From a virus, in the IMG/VR virus record IMGVR_UViG_3300009701_000004, positions 1-64,000 of that record: a stretch of DNA of 64,000 nucleotides. One strand, 5' to 3'. The notes beneath the pieces were generated by a model. It did no database searches. It saw nothing but the letters and a program-made list of their open reading frames with translations, and was not told the origin of the DNA. The position numbers were made by a program, and so were the translations under genes. Shown here piece after piece: positions 55,939 to 64,000 of the stretch. Position 1 is the first letter of the stretch. The number at the start of each line of letters is the position of its first letter.

Positions 55939-57344
55939 TAAGCTTCTACTTCAAGCATTACCTGCGTTGAAGCTCCTGTTGTTGTAATTTGCACTTGATA
56001 ATCAGCTACGGAACTTCCAAGAGTAATCCAAGAACTTACTCCTTGGTCAGTACCACTACTATTTTGTAAATGAGCCCGCACTTTACCGGATGTTCCTGAG
56101 TAGTAAGCAGCTATGTTCATAGTCCAATTACCTGCCGGCAGAGTTGCGGATAGGCCAAAAGTTATATTATTAGTAGTAGGTATTGCCGGACTAGTAACAT
56201 AATTGGAATCGTTTTCCGTAACTTCATTTAATGTAGTATAAAACGAACCCGAGGGCATAGCAGTCCATCCTGCAGTAATAATATCACTTGCCGGTGTTAC
56301 AGGATATAGGATTATAGATATAGAATCTGAAGACGAATCAGTATCTGTCAAAGACGCGGTGAAATTACCACTGGCTACTACTAATTCATACGCCCCGATA
56401 TCCCAGGCAGACCCTTGAGGACGAGAAGTTCCCACAATATCATTTGCCGCTGGTACGTCAGTAGTGTCAGCAGTTCCATTGTCAACTAAAGAAGATCCGC
56501 TTGCTTTAATTCTAAAATCCATGGCGGAGCTGGTAACCCCGACGAATTGATTGGCGTACGTTAAGGATTGTTGGTTAGCTGAGCCGAAGCCTATAGTTCC
56601 ATTAGAAGCATTATTACTGCCTGCCCAAGTACCTGCACTTGTATAGAAATTAGTAGCAAAACCAAAACATGCAGTATTTGTAACAGTAAAGTGTTCACTA
56701 GACCCCGCAATGCCATATGCACTATTACTCACATCAGAAGGGGCTACGACAGTACAGTTAGCTATGTTCAAATAATCGTAGGCTGCGGTAATGCCGCGAA
56801 GATTAGAAGAATTGGCTATGATTAAGGAATTAGATATCGTGGAATAACTACCCGGATTATACACTGCAATCCCAGTGCCGTTACCGTTAGTTTCTTGCAA
56901 TATACATTGATTAATGTAATTGTTATTATCCGTTTGTAAACAAAACGATCCCGACCCATATCCTTGCAAATACATCTGCAAACGATTTACGTAAACGTTC
57001 GGTTCACCGATGAAAAAGAGGCCGGTGTAAGATACGTTAACACGTAGCCCGACACCATAAGATTGATTGTATACTCCGGGATTAGTTGTAGCATTAGCAT
57101 TGTCTACAAAAGACTGGCCCGCTGCTGCTGTAAAGGTAAGAGTATTGGTTGTATCAGTAGTTATACCAGTTACACTTACCAAGATGCCTGAAGTGCTATA
57201 GAATTCTCCATCATTATAAAGAGAAATGATATAAGGGGTATTGGACCCCGAACTGGAGATATTGGCAGGTACATGAGAAAGTGCCGTAGCAATAGAGGTA
57301 TAGTTTCTAGTACCGCCGGTACCAACGGTAATGGTTACTGCCAT
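55938..57344 (-). CDS. parallel beta-helix (pectin-lyase-like) virion protein
   Basis: I.NC-type repeats; DIVGTSRPQGSAWDIGAYE motif. Confidence 0.6.
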   Translation of the reverse strand: MAVTITVGTGGTRNYTSIATALSHVPANISSSGSNTPYIISLYNDGEFYSTSGILVSVTGITTDTTNTLTFTAAAGQSFVDNANATTNPGVYNQSYGVGLRVNVSYTGLFFIGEPNVYVNRLQMYLQGYGSGSFCLQTDNNNYINQCILQETNGNGTGIAVYNPGSYSTISNSLIIANSSNLRGITAAYDYLNIANCTVVAPSDVSNSAYGIAGSSEHFTVTNTACFGFATNFYTSAGTWAGSNNASNGTIGFGSANQQSLTYANQFVGVTSSAMDFRIKASGSSLVDNGTADTTDVPAANDIVGTSRPQGSAWDIGAYELVVASGNFTASLTDTDSSSDSISIILYPVTPASDIITAGWTAMPSGSFYTTLNEVTENDSNYVTSPAIPTTNNITFGLSATLPAGNWTMNIAAYYSGTSGKVRAHLQNSSGTDQGVSSWITLGSSVADYQVQITTTGASTQVMLEVEA

Positions 57345-57694
57345 TATGACACCTTAGTTGTGGCGTTTAGTACATCATCATTTTGTAATACTACAATGCC
57401 TTGGGTTCGACGCCCTCCTGCAAATTCTTGTGCGTTAGGCAGTTTATCTAAATCTAGAAGATGGCTTTTACGTGGGTAACGTTGCCCAGGCTTCATTAAA
57501 TGTAATGGTGTGTGGAGGTCTTGTAAAGCTTGAGCGTGGGAGTGTAGAATAGGTGCCCGTATGATATGTAAATCTTGACGAGTTAATTCCAGGGCCGACC
57601 AATTCCACCCATCAGGTTTAATATCTAGTACTTCCCCACGCTGCATATGGTCGATATTAGGACCTTTAGCTACAGTTAACACAACTAATTCCAT
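57344..57694 (-). CDS. hypothetical protein
   Basis: Coupled ORF in the late operon. Confidence 0.65.
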   Translation of the reverse strand: MELVVLTVAKGPNIDHMQRGEVLDIKPDGWNWSALELTRQDLHIIRAPILHSHAQALQDLHTPLHLMKPGQRYPRKSHLLDLDKLPNAQEFAGGRRTQGIVVLQNDDVLNATTKVS

Positions 57695-58225
57695 TTATTT
57701 GTACCCTAAAGTATTTAACAACGCTGCAGGTTCTTCGCTTGCCCAAAATGCTTCAACAGCTGGAGTCCAGTACTTAGTATAGTCACTGTAATTAGGGGTT
57801 CTCCCCGAGCCAGTCCAAGTACGAGTAAATCCACAAAGATTAGGGAAAGCAGAATCCAAGTAATTTACACCCAGATAATTAGCCAATTTCCTAATTTCAG
57901 CATCATTTTTTATCAAATCTTCGAATTTTAAAATGAGGGTACTTGGATCATTCATCCATCCTACGAATTGGCTTTGCAATTTTACCGTATTCGTTGCAGC
58001 TGCAATGATAGTGCCCTCTGTGATATCTTTTCTTTGAAAACGTAACCAGCTAATTACAACATTTCTGGGGTCTCTAAAAATGACTATGTGCTTATCAGTG
58101 CCTTCAGGCAAAGTGTTGCCGAAAGGAATGTGGTTTACCATATAAGGATTTACTCCTAGCAGTTCACAAGCTTTTAACAGGGCGTGAGTGCCTGATTTAG
58201 GGCTACCGTTTACGCAAATAGTCAT
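57695..58225 (-). CDS. PAPS-dependent sulfotransferase-domain protein
   Basis: GSPKSGTHAL (5'-PSB loop), IFRDPRNVVISW (3'-PB motif), LKFEDL. Confidence 0.8.
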   Translation of the reverse strand: MTICVNGSPKSGTHALLKACELLGVNPYMVNHIPFGNTLPEGTDKHIVIFRDPRNVVISWLRFQRKDITEGTIIAAATNTVKLQSQFVGWMNDPSTLILKFEDLIKNDAEIRKLANYLGVNYLDSAFPNLCGFTRTWTGSGRTPNYSDYTKYWTPAVEAFWASEEPAALLNTLGYK

Positions 58226-58236
58226 TTAACTTCCTA

Positions 58237-58863
58237 TTATGAAATAGAAGTAGAATAGCTAACAGTCAAAGTGTTAGTAGCTACAACTGGTTGAGCAGTA
58301 CCGAAAGCACCTGCGCTATACAAAGTTCCCGAGGTGTTCATAAATGTTGACGAGGCACCCGTGCCTGTAACAATAAAGCAGCCATTGACGGTACCAGAGC
58401 CTGTAAAATAAAACGACAGGCCAGCGGATAATGCCTTAGTTGCAGTGCCAGAAGACACTGAAGATGCAGACCAAGCGCAAGTAGCACGAGTACCCGCACC
58501 ACCAGAAGTAGTTCCTAATGTGTAAGTAGGTGCGTTAGTCGAACCTGCCTCAAGCCAGTTGGAGTGCGAAGACATTGTGTCTCCGACAACCGGTGCGCCA
58601 GCATACGAGACTGAGCTGATCAAGCCCATGTACGGACCTACGACAGTGTAACTAGAACCTGCCAAGGTTGTATCTAATAGCAATTGCTTACCAACTGCTA
58701 CAACGGTATTCTTCCACTTTTCTTCCCACAGCACATTGCCATCTGCATCTCTACAAACAGCAGTAAATACGCCGCCAACGGAAGTGTCGTCTTCAGCTAC
58801 TGCACCTGTGCCAACAGCCGTGATAGTTTGTTCGTTTGAAATTACTTTATCGTTAGTATTCAT
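58237..58863 (-). CDS. putative virion structural protein
   Basis: NTVVAVGKQLLLD...TLTVSYS beta-rich structural pattern. Confidence 0.55.
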   Translation of the reverse strand: MNTNDKVISNEQTITAVGTGAVAEDDTSVGGVFTAVCRDADGNVLWEEKWKNTVVAVGKQLLLDTTLAGSSYTVVGPYMGLISSVSYAGAPVVGDTMSSHSNWLEAGSTNAPTYTLGTTSGGAGTRATCAWSASSVSSGTATKALSAGLSFYFTGSGTVNGCFIVTGTGASSTFMNTSGTLYSAGAFGTAQPVVATNTLTVSYSTSIS

Positions 58864-58867
58864 TTAA

Positions 58868-59056
58868 TTAAGCTCCTGACTCATCAGGTGTAATTTGATT
58901 TTCTAAAAACCACTTTGTGTGGTTTTCACCAGTTCCGTCTGTATATTCCACAAGATATTCTAGGGAATCATGACTTTCGTTGAATTGTGTCTTAACTACA
59001 GTTCCCGTAATTACTTGCACAATTTGTTTAACCTTTGTTCCTTTTGGTATGGACAT
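58868..59056 (-). CDS. small SH3-like hypothetical protein
   Basis: First gene after the late motif at 59149-59155. Confidence 0.6.
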   Translation of the reverse strand: MSIPKGTKVKQIVQVITGTVVKTQFNESHDSLEYLVEYTDGTGENHTKWFLENQITPDESGA

Positions 59057-59174
59057 TTGTTTCTCTCTTTTGAAATGTTTCTGTAATACAAGTGTTCAGT
59101 GTTCTGTAGTCTTCCCCGTAACCGCTACAGCCGGAATGTGTATACGATTATTTTAACCCAACACTACAACAATG

Positions 59175-62100
59175 TTACATTTCGTCTATACTTTCAACTT
59201 CCTCTGCTTCTGGTTCATCTTCTACAACTTCTCCAGATGTGTGTACATTTAGAGATTTTAGAAATTTCCCAGTAGTAGTATCGTGTAAATTAAAAGTCCC
59301 TTTACCAGTTTTTACTATACCTATCGAACCATTTGCCAAAGCTTCAAACTCAGAAGTTTTTAATCCCAAAAGGCTTTTTACAGGTCTTTCAAATACAGGA
59401 TTCACTATACTTTCTGCTAATTTATAATGGGTCCACTTGTTGCCTCTAATACCTCCAGTGGTTGAAGAATCGAATAAACCACCTTTATCGGGTTCCAAAT
59501 TCTTTGTTTGCAACATGGTAGGTTCTTTAATTTGACCATTGGACATTGATAAAATATCTTTATCTGTCAACGGAGAAGCTGTAATTACCCCATTACGAGT
59601 CTGTGTCTTAACCCCGGAAGCTGTTAAATAATTAAAGAACTTTTGAGTTGCAAAAGTCATTTTCGGTTTAGGCAAAGGTTGACCGGTAACGAATTTGTTC
59701 CAATATTCAGAATTCTCTTCGGATTTAAGAGTTGCAATTTCTTTCAAATTTTTACGAGCGTCAGATCCTAATAATCCCAACATCTCCATATATCCAACAC
59801 TCTTAGATCCTTCTTCACCGCCCTTGGTAGGTTGCATTACGTTATCATAGCCACCGGTACTACGAGCAGAATAGTTCTGGTCAGAAGTCTTATAAAGCTT
59901 AATGAAGTATTGAGGTCCAGTTAAAACTTTACCCAAATCTTTACCAGTAATAGGGTCAACCATCATTTCAGTATCGGAAAGGCCATGAGCTTTAAGTTCA
60001 TTGTTCAACTCTACAACATTAGACCCTTTAGAGAAATTGTGAACTAGATAAGGTTTACCTGTTTTCTTGGCAATTTTTCCAGCCACGGTTTCCATCAATT
60101 GGCCCAAGTTAATACGGGATGTAACAGATGCCGGATTCAACACTATATCAGCGGGTTTACCGGTATCTTTCATGTACGGCATTTGGTTATCATCTAGAAT
60201 TTTAGACACAATACCTTTATTACCGTGCAGTCCAGTTAATTTATCGCCTATCTCCAACTCTTTTTCAGAACGCATCAGAATACGTACCGATTTCCCTTCT
60301 GTATGAGCGTCCACAACAACACCTTCCTCGGTATGTGTCCAAGGCTCAGAAACGGGCTTGTAAGGCAAAACTAGGGTCTTGTGTAGCCTACCTAGCATCT
60401 TGTCCTCTGGAGTCGGCTCACGCTTCTCCAAAACGATATAAATAGGGTCCCCATTACGGAAGACCTGGCCAACTTTAGGAAAACCTTTATCATCTAATTT
60501 ATCCAATTGCTCTTTGGTAAATTTGCCTGGAAAATAACGGGATATTAACGATTTCTTTAAAATAGTAGAGGGTTGAATGTCATAATCTACTTTATAGCAG
60601 TGGAGGCTAGATAGGCTGTCTGCGCAGGACTTGCTGATAACCAGACCGTCTTCGTGGTTATAACCCTTATACGGTAGGTACGCAACATTGAGATTCTTAC
60701 CAAGCGCAAGCACCCCATTTCTAGTATAGTTATTATCTACTAGAGTAGTATTTGCTTTAACTTTATCACCTACTTTGACGAGCGGAGTTTCGTCGTTAAT
60801 GAAACCCTTCATATTAAACGGAAGGTTTTTAACTAAAGGTATTGTGTGGTTTTTCTTACTCTCATCCTGGACTACAATCTTATTAGCATCAACAGACATA
60901 ACCGTACCATCTACGGGAGATACCGTCGAAACTACATTAGCTAATTGCTTTACGAAAGCTTTACCATCTTCATCAGTAGTTTGCACTAATGGCTGTTCAC
61001 GATTTACCAAAGACAGGGCCTGAGGTATGCTTTTACCTGCCATGGTTAAGCGGCCAGGATGGTTGGAATTCAGGAAAGGGACTAGATTAGTAGTAACCGT
61101 GTACATATCGGTAGTATCGGCAAGCCAGTAATCAACCTTGCTTCTATCTATATCCCCCAACTCTCCCTTAATCTGTGCCTGTACAATCTTCTTTCCTTGT
61201 TGATGAGGAAATCCTATAACAGAAGACATAGCTTCCTGAACTGACAGAAAATGTTCTTGACCTTTATTATCTACAACTCTAGAATAGAGATTACCATCCT
61301 TATCTCGACGGGCAGAAATGGTAAAACGAGTATCAATACCTGCATGACCTGATTCTGGAGTACGGGAAGGGTCGATAATACCTAATTGGGATGGATCCAA
61401 ATCGCGGGCGGACATAGGTACACCTCTATCATTGGAGATACCCCCCTCTAATCCGCCTAGCACCGTAACTTTACCAACGTTTTCAAGGGACTCAATAGGA
61501 TTTGTTTCTGACGGGGTGGTAACCAAGTCGGAGTCTATGATGTAAGAACTGAAAATCTTATTGAAAGGACGGGATATGACAGTGTTACGAATTTTAATAG
61601 GTTGCCCGGTCTTTTCAGCTTTTTCCAAAGAGTAGCTGATACGATTCTTTAATGTGGAGGTGAGCAACTTCTCTTTACGGAAACGAGTTTCTAAGAAATC
61701 TGGTAGGTTTTGAACAGATTTGAATTGTAAAGAATCTCGGTTATCCTCTTCAACTTTACCCCCGTGGACATCGACCAATTTCTTAAGAGATAGCAAGATA
61801 GTTTCTGCAGTAATGCCGGTCAACGGCTTACCTAAGGTAACATTAGTAACTACTGCCGAAAGCGTAGATTCAGCCAAGGACGTTTTCAAAGCCAAGATCT
61901 TATCTTCTTCTGAAGCTTTGGTGTCCTTCTTATACGTTAATTTATTGTACAGGTCCGTTATAACCTTACTCTCTTTACCGGCTGCAGCTTTCAGGTTATC
62001 AATCCAAACTTCTGGAGGGATGTAGTGCGCAACTTCGGTCGGGCCAATACCAAATACGCGAGTAATCAATGGGGCAAGAAGAATTTTAGAAGATTTAACT

Positions 62101-62591
62101 TCTAGATAGAACAGGTTAGTAGTAGGATCTAGTGTAATGGAAAATGACGATCCTTTACCCGTGTTATACATGGATTCAAGCTCACCCGTATCTCTTGAAC
62201 GAACATACACGCCTGGACGTAGTTGTAGCTGAGATGCAATATTGTAGTTGTTCCCGCGGTAAAGGAGCGTATGCTTATTTGTCAAATGAAAACTATCCAT
62301 TAGATTAAAGTTATCCTGCTTATCTATAATTTTCCCAGTAGCATTGTCGGTTAATATTAAAGTTCCTCGAATAGGGTAAGTAAGGGATTTACTCTGCAGG
62401 ATAGCATCTTTCTCATCAGCTAGAGTGTAATCTTTATGGTCGGGATGTATATTAGAAACTGAAAGAGTATAATTTTTTGTTACAATGGGGAATTGGGTAG
62501 TAAGCCCTGCAATAAGGGCTTTATCTACACGATCTGTAACCTCTTTTGGGGAGGCGAATATCTTCTGTAATTCAGCAGCGGTCTTTGGCAT
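59175..62591 (-). CDS. RNA polymerase beta subunit fused to a beta' N-terminal segment
   Basis: GIIDPSRTPES, GYNHEDG, GDKLTGLHGNKGIVS, LNPASVTSRINLGQ, VGYMEM, then beta'-like EPDKGGLFD...HYKLAESIVNPVF. Confidence 0.92.
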   Translation of the reverse strand: MPKTAAELQKIFASPKEVTDRVDKALIAGLTTQFPIVTKNYTLSVSNIHPDHKDYTLADEKDAILQSKSLTYPIRGTLILTDNATGKIIDKQDNFNLMDSFHLTNKHTLLYRGNNYNIASQLQLRPGVYVRSRDTGELESMYNTGKGSSFSITLDPTTNLFYLEVKSSKILLAPLITRVFGIGPTEVAHYIPPEVWIDNLKAAAGKESKVITDLYNKLTYKKDTKASEEDKILALKTSLAESTLSAVVTNVTLGKPLTGITAETILLSLKKLVDVHGGKVEEDNRDSLQFKSVQNLPDFLETRFRKEKLLTSTLKNRISYSLEKAEKTGQPIKIRNTVISRPFNKIFSSYIIDSDLVTTPSETNPIESLENVGKVTVLGGLEGGISNDRGVPMSARDLDPSQLGIIDPSRTPESGHAGIDTRFTISARRDKDGNLYSRVVDNKGQEHFLSVQEAMSSVIGFPHQQGKKIVQAQIKGELGDIDRSKVDYWLADTTDMYTVTTNLVPFLNSNHPGRLTMAGKSIPQALSLVNREQPLVQTTDEDGKAFVKQLANVVSTVSPVDGTVMSVDANKIVVQDESKKNHTIPLVKNLPFNMKGFINDETPLVKVGDKVKANTTLVDNNYTRNGVLALGKNLNVAYLPYKGYNHEDGLVISKSCADSLSSLHCYKVDYDIQPSTILKKSLISRYFPGKFTKEQLDKLDDKGFPKVGQVFRNGDPIYIVLEKREPTPEDKMLGRLHKTLVLPYKPVSEPWTHTEEGVVVDAHTEGKSVRILMRSEKELEIGDKLTGLHGNKGIVSKILDDNQMPYMKDTGKPADIVLNPASVTSRINLGQLMETVAGKIAKKTGKPYLVHNFSKGSNVVELNNELKAHGLSDTEMMVDPITGKDLGKVLTGPQYFIKLYKTSDQNYSARSTGGYDNVMQPTKGGEEGSKSVGYMEMLGLLGSDARKNLKEIATLKSEENSEYWNKFVTGQPLPKPKMTFATQKFFNYLTASGVKTQTRNGVITASPLTDKDILSMSNGQIKEPTMLQTKNLEPDKGGLFDSSTTGGIRGNKWTHYKLAESIVNPVFERPVKSLLGLKTSEFEALANGSIGIVKTGKGTFNLHDTTTGKFLKSLNVHTSGEVVEDEPEAEEVESIDEM

Positions 62592-62612
62592 AATGTATCC
62601 AGTTTTCCAATC

Positions 62613-62918
62613 TTAACCTTGATATTCCAGGTAACGAAGCAGTACGAAATATTGCTGCATAAAAGAATAAGTGTCTCTTGAAAGTATCACTACTTCTTCC
62701 CCTTTCAACCCTTTTGTTTCAATACTCTCCAACATGGCCATATCTTCCAAATTGCATGTGTCTGCTTTAAAATACCTTACGACATACTTATCCGGGTCTG
62801 GTTGAAAATCTTTCTTTTTAGCATTAGCAAATACTGGCATATCGGCTATATTGATAGGTTCCGGTCTATTAGCTTGAATAGCTCTAATAAATTCGTTTCC
62901 AGAAGCATTGTTACTCAT
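62613..62918 (-). CDS. hypothetical protein
   Basis: Overlaps the stop of the putative portal gene. Confidence 0.65.
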   Translation of the reverse strand: MSNNASGNEFIRAIQANRPEPINIADMPVFANAKKKDFQPDPDKYVVRYFKADTCNLEDMAMLESIETKGLKGEEVVILSRDTYSFMQQYFVLLRYLEYQG

Positions 62919-63999
62919 TATTCATTCCCTTTTTAATATCTGTTTTTGATTGAGGCTTTTTACCATCAGTGCTAGGTTTCATTCCTCCGCTAGGCGGTTC
63001 TCCTCCCCCGCCCCCTTTGGAACCCTGCCCATCTGACCCCGTGCTATCATCACCTTGTTGTGCATTAGGATTATTAGGGTCACTTAACGTACCCATTCCC
63101 TGAGAAGCTTGACCTTCATTGAACTCATCTAACAAACGTCCCACCAATAAATACATAGGATAATCGGCGATTTCCAACTGATTCAACGTAGTCATCTGAG
63201 ACATATAATCTACGGAGTACAATTGTTGAGCAATAGCTTGAGCCTGGCCTAGTTTAGTTAGATATTCGCTATCCTTGTCAAATTTATCTACCACCTCTTT
63301 ACTTGCAACGAATACTGCTTGGTCTACTAAGAACTTAGTTTCAATATCCTTAATAGCTTTTGCCAACATGTCCTTTTGGCCACTCTCTAATTCATCAGTG
63401 TAATTCATGCCAAATGCTTCGTAAACGGTACTAGGAGAAACGGAATTATCCCCGGCTAAGGATTTCTGTGCCAAAAATTGACGCAAAGAATCATCATCTG
63501 TAAGTTTGAAATCTTGCAGCTTTACCGAGCAATACTCTAAGCTCAAATATTTGCAAATCTTAGCCATCATCCAGTCAATCAAACCCTGAATCTGTGAAGT
63601 GTAGACCAGCATTGTGTTTTCAAGCAACCGTAGACCTACTGACGAAGATTGCCAATTGGTAACGCCCATTAACAAATCTCGACTAACCCCGAGACTCAAC
63701 AATATAGATTCTTCCGCAGCTTGAATTTCTGCAGTTACTAGTAGATTCTTACCCTCTCCAGAAACGGTTTGGTACCCAATAGGGACCGGTGCAATCAAAA
63801 CATGATTCTTATCCTTTTTATGAGCAACCATCGCTCTTGTCATATGATTAACGAAATTTCTCATTGACATTGCAGCAACCGGATCACTTTGCCCAGTTTG
63901 AGCAGTAGGGTAGATTACTCGCAGAGGGGCCATATAATCAGAGCTGATACTTTCATTCGCCCTACGCAAAGTTGTTTGATAAAATACTAATCCAAACAA
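62911..63999 (-). CDS. putative portal protein, C-terminal part (5' end outside the window)
   Basis: Helical core (EIQAAEESILLSLGV...GLRLLEN), low-complexity Gly/Asp/Pro tail, late-gene context. Confidence 0.5.
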   Translation of the reverse strand: MFGLVFYQTTLRRANESISSDYMAPLRVIYPTAQTGQSDPVAAMSMRNFVNHMTRAMVAHKKDKNHVLIAPVPIGYQTVSGEGKNLLVTAEIQAAEESILLSLGVSRDLLMGVTNWQSSSVGLRLLENTMLVYTSQIQGLIDWMMAKICKYLSLEYCSVKLQDFKLTDDDSLRQFLAQKSLAGDNSVSPSTVYEAFGMNYTDELESGQKDMLAKAIKDIETKFLVDQAVFVASKEVVDKFDKDSEYLTKLGQAQAIAQQLYSVDYMSQMTTLNQLEIADYPMYLLVGRLLDEFNEGQASQGMGTLSDPNNPNAQQGDDSTGSDGQGSKGGGGGEPPSGGMKPSTDGKKPQSKTDIKKGMNNE

Positions 64000-64000
64000 G

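Noticed and set aside
34559-62591. Inteins or introns joining the RNA polymerase pieces
   Set aside because: No Cys/Ser...His-Asn intein ends or group I intron features were seen at the fragment boundaries. Each piece has its own start and stop.
1-64000. CRISPR array or long regularly spaced repeat array; tRNA or rRNA genes
   Set aside because: None was recognised by eye in any intergenic gap. An array could still lie upstream of position 1, and a tRNAscan or dot-plot run would be needed to be sure.
1-64000. Alternative genetic code
   Set aside because: Long ORFs are intact under the standard code and TAA, TAG and TGA all end genes. Only one in-frame stop anomaly was found.

Overview
This is a 64 kb piece of a large (jumbo-type) contractile-tailed phage genome. 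The minus strand mostly carries virion genes: portal (cut by the window end), prohead protease, internal head proteins, major capsid protein, neck, tail sheath and tube, baseplate spike and many fibre-like proteins. It also carries a multisubunit RNA polymerase split into three dispersed but collinear genes (beta fused to the beta' N-terminus, the beta' catalytic middle, and the beta' C-terminus). Plus-strand islands of accessory genes interrupt these blocks. They include a retron-like reverse transcriptase operon with an overlapping partner ORF, a metallophosphoesterase, two PD-(D/E)XK/Vsr-like endonucleases, five tandem paralogues ending in CxxGIHFF, an RNA ligase, a three-member SH3/KOW-like family, and a LigD-type phosphoesterase next to an ATP-dependent DNA ligase. 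Two promoter motifs partition the genes: TGGTATAAG before accessory genes and TAAAATA before virion genes, often only 5-8 nt from the ATG. The best candidates for new biology are: (i) the retron-like RT operon and a free-standing structured ncRNA at about 12.47-12.64 kb; (ii) a shared NKYLxKxA tag with KxA sites, a possible capsid-targeting and protease-cleavage code, which also marks a late-expressed DNA end-repair module; and (iii) the three-piece RNA polymerase. All assignments come from motifs read by eye; no database search was run and the host cannot be identified.
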